IMG/VR virus record: IMGVR_UViG_3300022407_003348
Coordinates: 1 to 37,962 of that record
Length of the DNA: 37,962 nucleotides
Direction: 5' to 3' (one strand)
Origin: a virus
Lineage: Duplodnaviria > Caudoviricetes
Positions 16,582-25,548 of this stretch are shown piece after piece (within the stretch, counting starts at the first letter, position 1; each line of letters begins with the position of its first letter). The translations under genes were made by a program, and so were the position numbers. The notes beneath the pieces are model-generated. The model was not told where the DNA came from. It saw nothing but the letters and a program-made list of their open reading frames with translations, and made no database searches.

Positions 16582-17187
16582 CTAGCCTCCACTAGGGTTA
16601 GGTGATAGCTTAAGCGGCCTCTCGCGTTTGTGGGGGGCCGTTTTTGCTTTTCTATGGAAAGACGGCGCATCGCTGGATGCTCGCTCGGAATCTTTCCGTT
16701 TCCCTCGGATTAGGGGAGTTGAAAGAGCGGCTTCAGGGGTCCAACCCGCAGCTAGCCGCAACTGAACCGTATTGTAGTTGATGCCGTAAATCGCCGCCCA
16801 CTCTTTGAGAAAACGGGTAACACCATCAATGGTGATGTAGCGCCTGTTATCGCGCGGTTCCCACGCCAGAATCTTGTCGAGAGGCGCGCACTTTACCAAA
16901 GAGAACGGGCGTATCAGTTCCGCAGCCGCCTTGGCGCGGTTCCCCGATATGCGCCAGTGCCAAACGTGCTTGTGATGAGGCATCGTTCCCTTGTGGGGCT
17001 TAACGTCTCGGATTGAGCCGCCGAACCGCTCTGCGCAAGCCTCAAGGGGAGCGTAATCGGTCATTGAAATCTGAATCATGGGACGCGGGTTCATGCTTTG
17101 CTTTTTGTTATTAACCAAAACGGCCACATAAGCTTCGCCGTCGATCAAGCCCGCAAAGTATGCAATAGGAAGGTGAGCGTATTTCAT
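16582..17187 (-). mobile_element. Free-standing LAGLIDADG homing endonuclease with C-terminal HTH-like domain
   Basis: AYFAGLIDGEAYV motif; antisense to late operon. Confidence 0.85.
16614..16650 (+). terminator. Intrinsic terminator after capsid genes
   Basis: GCGGCCTCTCGC-GTTT-GTGGGGGGCCGT followed by TTTTGCTTT. Confidence 0.8.
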
Positions 17188-17194
17188 GGAGGTG

Positions 17195-17222
17195 AGTTTA
17201 TGCTAAACGTCGTTTCAGTCAA
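17195..17222 (-). promoter_or_regulatory. Leaderless promoter for the LAGLIDADG gene
   Basis: TTGACT-N16-TAAACT-N7-ATG. Confidence 0.65.
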
Positions 17223-18633
17223 GGTGGGGTCACGATACCCCATTGAGTACGTCACCCGCCTTCACGACGGCATCGCCCGCCATCTAGCGGAAGAGCAGCG
17301 CCATTGGTGTCTGACGGACGACCCTGAAAGCTTGCCGGAAGGCATCACGGCCATCCCGCATAACACGACGCTTCCGGGTTGGTGGCAAAAGGTCTTCTTA
17401 TTCTGCCGTCAAATGCCGTGGGGGCTTGGCGAAGAAGTCCTCTACATGGATTTGGACGTATGCGTGACCGGCAGACTTGAGGGCTTGCCGCACGGCATCA
17501 TCAAGGATTGGCATTGGCCCTGCTACAACTCGTCTGTGATGTGCTGGACGCACGGCGAGCATCGGGACATTTGGAGCCGGTTCACGCCAGACGTAATCGA
17601 CCGGCCTACTGAGAGCCTTAAGGGCCTTCTCCCCGCTGGTCAGGTCAACGGCGGCGATCAGGAATGGATTAGCCAAGTCAGCGCGTGGCAGACGTTCCCG
17701 CCTGAGATGTTCGTGTCCTATCGTGATGCGGTCGCATGGCCTCCCGAGACGGCCAAGGCGGTCATATTCCACGGAAAGCCCAAGCCGGATGAAATCACTG
17801 AAGGATGGGTGCCGGGCGTCTGGAAGGTCGGCGGCTACACGGCCATGCCAGAGCTAAAGGGCATGAATGTCACCCATGACTTTGCCTACGGAAACGTGCG
17901 GGCCAACGTGCTTAGGGACTTGCCGTGGTTCACGGGCTTCGGTGAGCAAGAGAAGGGCTGCGTCATTGTCGGTGGCGGCCCCTCGCTTTCGGACAGCGTG
18001 AAGGCGATCAAGGATCATCGCAGGCGCGGCCTCAAGATCATCACGGTGAACAACGCCCTGCGGTTCCTGACGGACAAGGGGATTACGCCCGACGCTCATG
18101 TCATGTTGGATGCGCGGGAAGAAAACCTGCACATGGTGGAGGATGCGCCCAAATCCGTGCGCTACTTCCTCGCCTCGCAGGTTCATCCGTGCGTGTTTGA
18201 TGCGCTTTCAGGGCATGATGTTGTTCTGTGGCACAATGCGATGGGTTCCGGTGAGGAACTGATGGAGATTATCAAGCCGTGGTTTGATGAAGGCCCCGAC
18301 CAGCGCGCGTGTGTTCTGGTTCCCGGTGGGGGCACTGTAGGGCTTAGGGCGATCAATCTGGCGTGGCTGTCGGGTTACAAGAAAATCCACTTGTACGGCT
18401 TCGACAGCTCGTATGCGGAGGGCAAACACCACGCCTATTCGCAGAGCCTCAACGACGGCGAGCCTACGCAGGAAGTCGTGCTAGCCGACAAGACGTACAC
18501 TTGCGCCCGCTGGATGATTAGGCAGGCAATGGAGTTCCAACAACAGTTCATGTACCTTCGTGATAGAGGCGTGAAGGTCATAGCGCACGGGTCCGGTTTG
18601 ATTCCGGCAATGGGGAGATTGCTCAATGGCTGA
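17200..18633 (+). CDS. Two-domain protein: GT-A (GT8-like) glycosyltransferase + Maf/DUF115 (MptE-like) domain
   Basis: YMDLDV (DxD), NSSVM, GDQEWI, FHGKPKP; then IVGGGPSL, GGGTVG..A..LA...GYKKIHLYGFDS; SD GGAGGT. Confidence 0.82.
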   Translation: MLNVVSVKVGSRYPIEYVTRLHDGIARHLAEEQRHWCLTDDPESLPEGITAIPHNTTLPGWWQKVFLFCRQMPWGLGEEVLYMDLDVCVTGRLEGLPHGIIKDWHWPCYNSSVMCWTHGEHRDIWSRFTPDVIDRPTESLKGLLPAGQVNGGDQEWISQVSAWQTFPPEMFVSYRDAVAWPPETAKAVIFHGKPKPDEITEGWVPGVWKVGGYTAMPELKGMNVTHDFAYGNVRANVLRDLPWFTGFGEQEKGCVIVGGGPSLSDSVKAIKDHRRRGLKIITVNNALRFLTDKGITPDAHVMLDAREENLHMVEDAPKSVRYFLASQVHPCVFDALSGHDVVLWHNAMGSGEELMEIIKPWFDEGPDQRACVLVPGGGTVGLRAINLAWLSGYKKIHLYGFDSSYAEGKHHAYSQSLNDGEPTQEVVLADKTYTCARWMIRQAMEFQQQFMYLRDRGVKVIAHGSGLIPAMGRLLNG

Positions 18634-18793
18634 TGATGTTGTTATGTGGCGGGGTAAGCCGCTAGACCAAATGGACAAGCCGGAGTTAATCGCCGCTCTA
18701 CAGCACATGGCGAGACTCCAATCCCGCGCGCAGGATGACCGAGAGAAAGAGCGCGAGGTTTTTCGGGCGGTTCTTGCGGGTCGTGGCCAATGA
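18626..18793 (+). CDS. Small hypothetical protein
   Basis: Manual translation MADDVVMWRGKPLDQMDKPELIAAL...; SD GGGGAG. Confidence 0.6.
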   Translation: MADDVVMWRGKPLDQMDKPELIAALQHMARLQSRAQDDREKEREVFRAVLAGRGQ

Positions 18794-19011
18794 CGATGCT
18801 GGAGAAGATGGCTGCGGCCCTTTCGGACGCTGACGGCGTATTTGCGGACGGGAGCTATCTGGAGATGGCCCGTGCCGCTCTCATGGCGATAAGGGAAGTC
18901 GATCAAGAGACCTACAACGCGGGGTGGGACGCGATGAGCGGAGAGCCAGACGCTGGCCCCGGCGAGCCGTGGCTGGCCATGATCGACGCTATTCTCGAAG
19001 GGAAAGCATGA
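18790..19011 (+). CDS. Hypothetical protein
   Basis: ARAALMAIRE...W.AMIDAIL; coupled. Confidence 0.65.
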   Translation: MTMLEKMAAALSDADGVFADGSYLEMARAALMAIREVDQETYNAGWDAMSGEPDAGPGEPWLAMIDAILEGKA

Positions 19012-19088
19012 TGCTCGCTCTTGGCTTTCTCGCCGTCTGGCTGCTTTGGCTTGCTGCGGTCAGCGTCTTTACGAACGCGCGCCGATGA
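19008..19088 (+). CDS. 26-aa membrane microprotein
   Basis: MMLALGFLAVWLLWLAAVSVFTNARR; ATGA coupling at both ends. Confidence 0.5.
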   Translation: MMLALGFLAVWLLWLAAVSVFTNARR

Positions 19089-19267
19089 GCAGCCAATACC
19101 ATGAACGCAACGGCAACGACCGGCGCAAGGCATGGGCAACGCTCAAGTGGTATCCAGAGCGGCTGACGGACGCTGATCGGGCGCTTCTGCTTTTGGATGA
19201 GCCGGACTTTTATGATCCCGTTGACGCCAACCGACATCTATATGACGAGCGAGGATTCGCAAAATGA
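19085..19267 (+). CDS. Hypothetical protein
   Basis: ATGA coupling at both ends. Confidence 0.6.
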   Translation: MSSQYHERNGNDRRKAWATLKWYPERLTDADRALLLLDEPDFYDPVDANRHLYDERGFAK

Positions 19268-19935
19268 GTGCGCCACGCATTGAAACCATCGGCGACTGCA
19301 CCCTGTATCGGGGCGACTGCCGGGACATTCTGCCGACGCTTGGCCTTGTGGATGCGGTTGTTACGGACCCGCCTTATGGGATTGGCGAGGACGGAGGGCG
19401 CTTTCGTGACCGAAAGGGCGGCGGCCATCGGGTTTTGCCCAAAATGGGCTGGGATGGTGAGCGTCCCGACGCGGAGGTTTTCGACCTGTTGCTGGCGGCG
19501 GCTCGGCAGCACATCATTTGGGGCGGAAACTATTTCGCGGACCTTTTGCCGCCGTCGAAGGGCTGGCTCTATTGGCAAAAGCTAATGGGCGGTGACTTCG
19601 CGGACGGCGAGTTGGCATGGTCTAGCCTCGACCGCGCCCTGCGCCAGTTCACGCATTGCAACAAGACGGGCGGCAAGGTTCACCCGACACAGAAGCCGGT
19701 CGAGTTGATGGAGTGGTGTCTCGGCTTCCTGCCGAACACCAAGACCATCCTCGACCCCTTCATGGGGTCCGGCACCACGGGCGTTGCTTGCGCCCTCACC
19801 GACCGTTCCTTCATCGGCATCGAGCGCGAGCCTTCCTATTTCGACATCGCCTGCCGCCGTATCGAGGACGCCTATAAGCAGCCGAGGCTGTTTGCGGAGC
19901 CTGTCGCCAAGCCGGTGCAAGAGGCGCTGATATGA
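19264..19935 (+). CDS. DNA N6-adenine/N4-cytosine methyltransferase (beta class)
   Basis: TDPPYG, HPTQKP, DPFMGSGTTG. Confidence 0.92.
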   Translation: MSAPRIETIGDCTLYRGDCRDILPTLGLVDAVVTDPPYGIGEDGGRFRDRKGGGHRVLPKMGWDGERPDAEVFDLLLAAARQHIIWGGNYFADLLPPSKGWLYWQKLMGGDFADGELAWSSLDRALRQFTHCNKTGGKVHPTQKPVELMEWCLGFLPNTKTILDPFMGSGTTGVACALTDRSFIGIEREPSYFDIACRRIEDAYKQPRLFAEPVAKPVQEALI

Positions 19936-20510
19936 AACAGATAGATGGCCTTTGGTGGCCCGACTTTGACGTTCGCTGCCGTAACGCGGTGGTGAATGAG
20001 TGCGCTGCTGCTATGCCCCTTGTCCTGCCACTGGTGAAGGAAAAGCGGGTCTGTGTTCAGGCAGGCGGAAACGTCGGCGTCTATCCTCTCGCGCTGGCCA
20101 AGGTGTTTGGATTGGTGCTTACGTTTGAGCCGGACGAGGAAAACTACGAGTGCCTCACTCAAAACGTAAGGCTTCCCTATGTCCACGTCTTCAACGCTGC
20201 GCTCGGCTCTGAGGTCGGAACGTGCGGCGTCCTTCGCATAGATACCGACAATTGCGGCTCTCACAAGACGCTGCCGGGGACGGCGGTTCCGGTCAAAACG
20301 ATTGATGGTCTGGCGCTGACGGCCTGCGATCTGATCTGGCTGGACATAGAGGGAGCGGAGGCGGATGCGATTAACGGCGCGAGGGCGACAATCGAGAAGT
20401 TTTCGCCTATCATAGTACTTGAAGAGAAAGGGCTTGGCGCTAAAGCCGACTTGCCCGGCTATTCTCGCCTGATGCGGATTGGAAATGACACTGTGTATCG
20501 GAGGACATAG
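19932..20510 (+). CDS. FkbM-family SAM methyltransferase
   Basis: QAGGNVG, TFEPD..N, LIWLDIEGAE. Confidence 0.88.
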   Translation: MKQIDGLWWPDFDVRCRNAVVNECAAAMPLVLPLVKEKRVCVQAGGNVGVYPLALAKVFGLVLTFEPDEENYECLTQNVRLPYVHVFNAALGSEVGTCGVLRIDTDNCGSHKTLPGTAVPVKTIDGLALTACDLIWLDIEGAEADAINGARATIEKFSPIIVLEEKGLGAKADLPGYSRLMRIGNDTVYRRT

Positions 20511-21032
20511 ATGGATTATGTAGCGCCAGACGGACGGGACCGGATTATCCCTCGGTTCCATATCAAGCCGGTTCGGGACAACTTCCAATCGGAGAAGCAA
20601 GGCCGTGAGGTCTGGACCGACGTTGAGTACGTCGAGCTGATCGTTCCGGGCGATAACAAGAACATCGTTGACGTGGCGGTGAAGGACGAACACCGCGACC
20701 GCTGGCCTACGAAGTACGCTGCGTTCAAGGCCAACATGGAAGCCCCTGAAAGCGGTACGCCGCTGGATGAGTGGGCAGGCGTGGGCCGCTCGCAGGTAAT
20801 TGAGCTTAACAGCGTCCACATCCGCACCGTGGAGGCTCTGGCGGGCCTTTCGGACAGCCAGCTTGCCAAGTGCGTCCCGATGGGTGGCCAAGCCCTCCGC
20901 GCGAAGGCTCAGCGGTTCCTTGAGCAGACCGAGAATGAGAAGCCCCTTGCGGAGATGACGCAGCGGATTCGTGAGCTTGAGGAAAAGCTGACGCTGGCTC
21001 TCCAAGCCAATGCAGAAAAGGTGCCAGCATGA
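20511..21032 (+). CDS. Conserved-looking hypothetical protein (HhH-like segment)
   Basis: SD GGAGG; IRTVEALAGLSD. Confidence 0.7.
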   Translation: MDYVAPDGRDRIIPRFHIKPVRDNFQSEKQGREVWTDVEYVELIVPGDNKNIVDVAVKDEHRDRWPTKYAAFKANMEAPESGTPLDEWAGVGRSQVIELNSVHIRTVEALAGLSDSQLAKCVPMGGQALRAKAQRFLEQTENEKPLAEMTQRIRELEEKLTLALQANAEKVPA

Positions 21033-21364
21033 GCGGCCTTGAACGCGACGTGATGTACAAGCCGGGCGCTACCTTCTTTAAAGAAGGCAAGTTCCTCATG
21101 TTCCGCTATCAGGCGGATTCGTCTTCCGTCATTGGCCCGCGTGTGGCCACTGAGGCAGACAAGAAGGCCCATGCTTTCGAGTACGAGCGGTATCTTGCGG
21201 ATGCGTTCAACGATGCGCCGCTTGAAGCTTTCGACCATGACGACAACGGGGAGCCTGGAGGGGTCGCCCCAATCCGCCCGGTGAGTGACGACCACAAGCA
21301 CGTCCCCGCCGATTACGAAGCCCCTCCGATGCCCAAGAAGCGCGGACGCCCTCCGAAAGCCTAA
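21029..21364 (+). CDS. Hypothetical protein with C-terminal AT-hook-like KKRGRPPK
   Basis: Coupled; motif. Confidence 0.65.
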   Translation: MSGLERDVMYKPGATFFKEGKFLMFRYQADSSSVIGPRVATEADKKAHAFEYERYLADAFNDAPLEAFDHDDNGEPGGVAPIRPVSDDHKHVPADYEAPPMPKKRGRPPKA

Positions 21365-21367
21365 GCC

Positions 21368-22072
21368 ATGGCCATGAACCTGCTTCAGATTGTCCAGCGG
21401 GCGTGTCGTCTGCTGTCCATTCCGGTTCCTACCGAAGTCGTCAACTCGACTGACGCTCAAGTCCAGCAACTGTACGCGCTGGCCAATGAGGAGGGTGACG
21501 AGCTAGCAGGGGCGTATGATTGGCAGGTCATGCGACGCCAGCACCTGTTTGATACGGTGGCGAGCGCGGTGCAATCGAGCGCGGTGCCGTCTGACCTCGA
21601 CCACTTCATCGCTAACTCGTTCTTCAACAGAACGACCATGCGATATATGTACGGGCCGATCACGCCGCAGGAATGGCAGGCGATTCAGGCTCAACCGCAG
21701 CTCAACCGCGTGTTTCTGGCCTTTATCGAGCGCGACGGGCAGTTCCTCGTAACCCCGACACCGGGCGCGGGGCAAGAGATTGCCTACGAGTACATCACGG
21801 TCAACTGGGCGCAGTCAGCGGCTGGGTCGGCGCAATCGTCCTTCCTCGCGGATACGGACCTGACCTATCTGGACGACAAGCTGTTCCCGCTTGGCCTCCG
21901 CTGGCGCTTCCTGAAGTCCAAGGGTCTGGAGTACGGAGAAGATTTCGCGACCTATCAGCGCGAACTCAATCAACGAATGGCTCGCGACGGGGGCAACACA
22001 ATCATTGATTCAACTGGCGGAAATTATTACGGTTGGGCCACTAATATTCAATTAGGTGGGTTCCCCGGATGA
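21368..22072 (+). CDS. Head-tail adaptor / tail tubular protein A-like
   Basis: MNLLQIVQRACRLL N-terminus, size and synteny. Confidence 0.72.
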   Translation: MAMNLLQIVQRACRLLSIPVPTEVVNSTDAQVQQLYALANEEGDELAGAYDWQVMRRQHLFDTVASAVQSSAVPSDLDHFIANSFFNRTTMRYMYGPITPQEWQAIQAQPQLNRVFLAFIERDGQFLVTPTPGAGQEIAYEYITVNWAQSAAGSAQSSFLADTDLTYLDDKLFPLGLRWRFLKSKGLEYGEDFATYQRELNQRMARDGGNTIIDSTGGNYYGWATNIQLGGFPG

Positions 22073-22572
22073 CGTCGGAAGTTTCTTTGACACGGGGTTT
22101 TGTTGCTCGCGTTGACGACGTTGATGCGGACCTCGCTGACCACAAATGGTGTGCGTCTCTTGTCGGGACGCCAGCCTATGCCGTGCGTGACGTGGGTGGG
22201 CGGCAGAACAAGAAACGCCTGCTTATGCATCGCGTCATTGCGGAGCGCATGGGCCTCGACTTGAGCAGCGGGAAGGTTGTCGATCACATCAACGGTGACT
22301 GTCTGGATAACCGGCGCTGTAATCTGCGCGCGGTTACGCGGATGAAGAACGCGCACAACCTGACCGGCGAGCGTTCTAACAACACGTCGGGTTATATGGG
22401 CGTGAGCTTCGACCCGCGCTATCGGCACAAGTGGGTGGCGTCGATCTACCTCGACTACAAAAAGCACATTGTCGGCCGGTTTGATTCAGCGGAAGAAGCC
22501 AACGCGGCTCGCCTTGCTGCGGAGAAAAAGCTGTGGGGTGTACAGCCGCGCCGTGCTGAGGCTCACGCATGA
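22069..22572 (+). mobile_element. HNH-AP2 homing endonuclease
   Basis: MHRVI...VDHINGDCLDNRRCNLR; NNTSGYMGVS...W.A.I...GRFDSAEEA. Confidence 0.92.
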
Positions 22573-22763
22573 TCTTGTTTGTGACCATTGCTGACACCAA
22601 AAATCAGGAGACGCAGCGCAAGAAGATCAACGCGCTGTTTGAAGCCTATGTGCCGGGCTACGGCTCGACCTTGCCTGATGTTGCGGACAGTCCCGATGGT
22701 CGGTTGTTCTACATCGGCTCGCAAGGCTATCAGAACCGTTCGGGAACGTGGGTGGCGCTATGA
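22569..22763 (+). CDS. Small tail-module protein
   Basis: Coupled at both ends. Confidence 0.6.
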   Translation: MILFVTIADTKNQETQRKKINALFEAYVPGYGSTLPDVADSPDGRLFYIGSQGYQNRSGTWVAL

Positions 22764-24451
22764 GGCAGGCAATGCAGCGTTACGGTCGCCAGCCCATTCG
22801 GTCCAGCTCTCAGCAACGGGTGACCATCGGCAAGGCTATTCCGGCTCCGGTCGGTGGGTGGGATGCACAATCCCCGCTGGCCAACATGCCTGCTGAGAAC
22901 GCGGTCATACTCGACAACTTCATTCCTCGCGCGGGCTATGTCGAACTGCGTAAGGGCTATGTGCCGTGGCAGGAGGGCCTGTCGCTTCCCGTGGAGACGA
23001 TTCTTGTCTGGCGCGGTGGGTTTGCGTCGGTCGCGGATGACATCTTCGCAGCTTGCGGCGGCTCGATCTTTGACGTGTCGAACCAGGGTGACGCGCCGGT
23101 AGAGGTCTATAACGGTGCGGGCAACGCTCAGTGGCAGTGGATTAACTTCGCCAATGACGCGGGGACGTTCCTGATCGCAGCCAACGGGGCTAACGACCCG
23201 ATTTACTACGAAGGCACGACGTTCACGGATACGGTCATCACCGGCACGGCTGGGGCGATTACGCTGGACCCGCGCACCCTGATCGACGTGATGGATCACA
23301 AGGGGCGTCTGTTCTTCGTGCAAGAGGACAGCCTGCGTGTGTGGTTTCTGGAGCCGTTCGCTATCCAAGGCACGGCCAATCTGCTGGACCTAGGCCCCAT
23401 CTTCGACAAGGGCGGGTCTATCCTTTGTCAGGCCACATGGACGCTGGATAGCGGCTCCGGTGCCGATGATTTGGCGGTGTGGGTGACCACGCAGGGTCAG
23501 GTGGCGGTGTATCAGGGCCTCGACCCTTCGGACGCGAACAACTGGGCATTGGTCGGGGTGTATGACCTTGGCTTCCCGCTCTCGCGTCGTGGGCTAATCA
23601 AGTACGGCTCAGACCTTGTGCTACTGACCACGGACGGCGTGGTGCCTCTCTCGCAAGCCCTGAAGCTGGACCGCGCACAAGAGAACCTCGTCGCCCTGAC
23701 GCAGCGCATCCAGAACGCCTTTCAGAAGGCGTCGCAGGCGTATCGGTCCAACTTCGGATGGGAAGGGACGCTGTACCAAAAGGGTACGCTGGCCATTTTC
23801 AATGTGCCGGAAGCCCCGCTGTCGCGGTCGGTGCAGTTTGTGCAGAACGTCCAGACGGGAGCCTGGTGCCGGTTCACCGGCATCAACGCGTTCTGTTGGG
23901 CTGTGGCCAATGACCAGATGTTCTTCGGCACGACGGACGCGGTGTGTCAGTGGGACACGGGCTATGCGGACGATGAGACGGGCATCGTCGGGGATATGAA
24001 GACGGCGTTTAACTACTTCGGTTCGCGCGGCGACCTGAAGAAGTTTGAGATGCTTCAACCCGTCTATCGGATTGCCAACAACATCTCGCCAGCCGTTGAG
24101 GTGGTTACGGACTTCAAGGAAAGCATCCCGACTGCGGTTCCGACCACAATCAGGACGACGGGCGCAACGTGGGATTTTGGCGTTTGGGATTCCAGCGTTT
24201 GGGCATCCGCGACCGAGACGCGTGATAGCTGGACGAGCGTTACGGGGATTGGCTACTGCGGTGCCGTGCGGTTGAGGGTTGAGCCGGACCCGCTGCTGTT
24301 CCTCGACCTTGCCGTTGATGAAGACACGGTGGTTTCGTATGACGGCGATGGCATTGTGTCTATTCAGGAACCCTCCCGCGCCACCAACTCGACCGTTGAG
24401 ATTGTTGCCTTTAACCTGAAGTTCCAGAACCAGACGGGCGGGCAGTTGTAA
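22760..24451 (+). CDS. Tail nozzle / packaged-DNA stabilisation protein (P22 gp10/tubular B-like)
   Basis: PAPVGGWD...N, beta-rich ~560 aa, synteny. Confidence 0.75.
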   Translation: MRQAMQRYGRQPIRSSSQQRVTIGKAIPAPVGGWDAQSPLANMPAENAVILDNFIPRAGYVELRKGYVPWQEGLSLPVETILVWRGGFASVADDIFAACGGSIFDVSNQGDAPVEVYNGAGNAQWQWINFANDAGTFLIAANGANDPIYYEGTTFTDTVITGTAGAITLDPRTLIDVMDHKGRLFFVQEDSLRVWFLEPFAIQGTANLLDLGPIFDKGGSILCQATWTLDSGSGADDLAVWVTTQGQVAVYQGLDPSDANNWALVGVYDLGFPLSRRGLIKYGSDLVLLTTDGVVPLSQALKLDRAQENLVALTQRIQNAFQKASQAYRSNFGWEGTLYQKGTLAIFNVPEAPLSRSVQFVQNVQTGAWCRFTGINAFCWAVANDQMFFGTTDAVCQWDTGYADDETGIVGDMKTAFNYFGSRGDLKKFEMLQPVYRIANNISPAVEVVTDFKESIPTAVPTTIRTTGATWDFGVWDSSVWASATETRDSWTSVTGIGYCGAVRLRVEPDPLLFLDLAVDEDTVVSYDGDGIVSIQEPSRATNSTVEIVAFNLKFQNQTGGQL

Positions 24452-24453
24452 GC

Positions 24454-24481
24454 AAAACGCCCCCGGCGTGAACCGAGGGCG
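24454..24481 (-). terminator. Intrinsic terminator, antisense to late operon
   Basis: - strand CGCCCTCGG-TTCACG-CCGGGGGCG-TTTT. Confidence 0.75.
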
Positions 24482-24618
24482 CTTCTGGCTCCGCGAAGAG
24501 CTTGCGAGGCCGGGCGCTACTCCGGCTCCGTACTCGCCCGCCAGATAGACGGGTCCAACGAAAGCCTCGTACGGTCAGTGAGCTATTCTCAGCGTGTCTG
24601 CTTTCCACGCCGCTCGCA
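24454..24618 (-). ncRNA. Putative tRNA-like (cloverleaf) small RNA
   Basis: Closing stem UGCGAG/CUCGCA, D-like arm GCGUG-GAAAGCAGA-CACGC, short arm UGAG-AAUAG-CUCA, branched arm CCGUAC/GUACGG, T-like arm GCCGG-AGUAGCGC-CCGGC. Confidence 0.72.
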
Positions 24619-24624
24619 GGACGT

Positions 24625-24653
24625 ATAATGCCTACGCCTTGGAGGAAGCGCAA
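24625..24653 (-). promoter_or_regulatory. Promoter for the tRNA-like RNA
   Basis: TTGCGC-N17-CATTAT; predicted +1 ~24618. Confidence 0.6.
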
Positions 24654-25115
24654 ATGAAATTGGTAAGCGGCCCGTTCTCCCCTCTCGTCGCTCAATGGGT
24701 AGCGGACCAGATCGGGCATGGATTGGACTGGGGGCCATGCGAGGCTATCGGGGTTGTCGATAAGCACGATAATCTCATTGGCGGTGTCGTGTTCAACGCG
24801 TATCAGCCCCAATATCGGAACATAGAGGTTAGCTTTGCCTCTATCCGTCCCGATTGGTTGACGCCCAACCTAATCAGCGGCATACTTAGCTACCCATTCG
24901 ATCAGCTCGGGTGCGGCAGGATCACTTCGCTTACTCCGAAAAAGCTTCGGAGGGCACGCCAGTTCCTACAGAAGTTCGGCTTCAAGCACGAAGGACTGAT
25001 TAGGCGAGGCTATGGCGACGATGACTGTGTTATCTCAGGGCTTCTGGCGAGTGAGTGGCGAGCGCATCGGTTTCGGCGCGAACCGTCCAGTGTCGCCCGT
25101 TCAGAAGATCGCTGA
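24654..25115 (+). CDS. GNAT-fold tail/virion assembly protein
   Basis: SD GGAGG; YPFDQLGC.RI...FLQKFGFKHEG; position between nozzle and ejection genes. Confidence 0.8.
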   Translation: MKLVSGPFSPLVAQWVADQIGHGLDWGPCEAIGVVDKHDNLIGGVVFNAYQPQYRNIEVSFASIRPDWLTPNLISGILSYPFDQLGCGRITSLTPKKLRRARQFLQKFGFKHEGLIRRGYGDDDCVISGLLASEWRAHRFRREPSSVARSEDR

Positions 25116-25542
25116 CCGTCTGCACGCAAAGCCCTTCGGTCTTGGCAATGTCCTTAACCTTCTCGCCAGCCGCACGGCGGCGGATAAAGTCAGCAGACAT
25201 TTCGCGCGTGACCTTGGACAGTCGGTGACGGTCTTTAGCACCGACACGCTGGCGACCCTTCGCGATTTTGTCGGCCATGTTCTCGGCCTGCGTCCCAAGC
25301 CACAAGTGGTCAGGGTTGACGCAAGCGGGCGTGTCGCATCGGTGCAAGACGCACATTCCAGCCGGAATGTCGGCATGGTGGATGGTGTACGAGTATCGGT
25401 GAGCCAAGAACTTGGCGTCTTTGCTTGCGCCAAAGAAGCCGTAACCGCTCGGGTTTCTCGCGCCATTCCAAATCCAGCAATCACCGCTCTGATCGACGTA
25501 GCGGAAAAAACGAACGGTTGGGTCTTCGGTCTTTCTAGGCAT
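25030..25542 (-). mobile_element. HNH homing endonuclease with C-terminal HTH, antisense
   Basis: CWIWNG...GYG...AHR...VLHRCDTPACVNPDHL..GT..EN. Confidence 0.92.
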
Positions 25543-25548
25543 GAAGCC

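Noticed and set aside
16567-17199. Group I intron or intein hosting the LAGLIDADG ORF
   Set aside because: ORF is antisense and intergenic; flanking genes are intact
17098-17199. Longer ORF-track starts (17098; likewise 5718, 8591, 24594, 30398, 35304)
   Set aside because: Downstream starts have better SD or coupling, and the extensions overlap other features
24503-24618. Canonical tRNA or tmRNA
   Set aside because: 6-bp closing stem, no 7-nt anticodon loop, no TTCGA, no CCA, no tag ORF; kept only as tRNA-like
24602-24629. + strand promoter TTTCCA-N16-TATAAT for the GNAT gene
   Set aside because: Plausible but overlaps the - strand -10 box; cannot separate it from a by-product, so not listed
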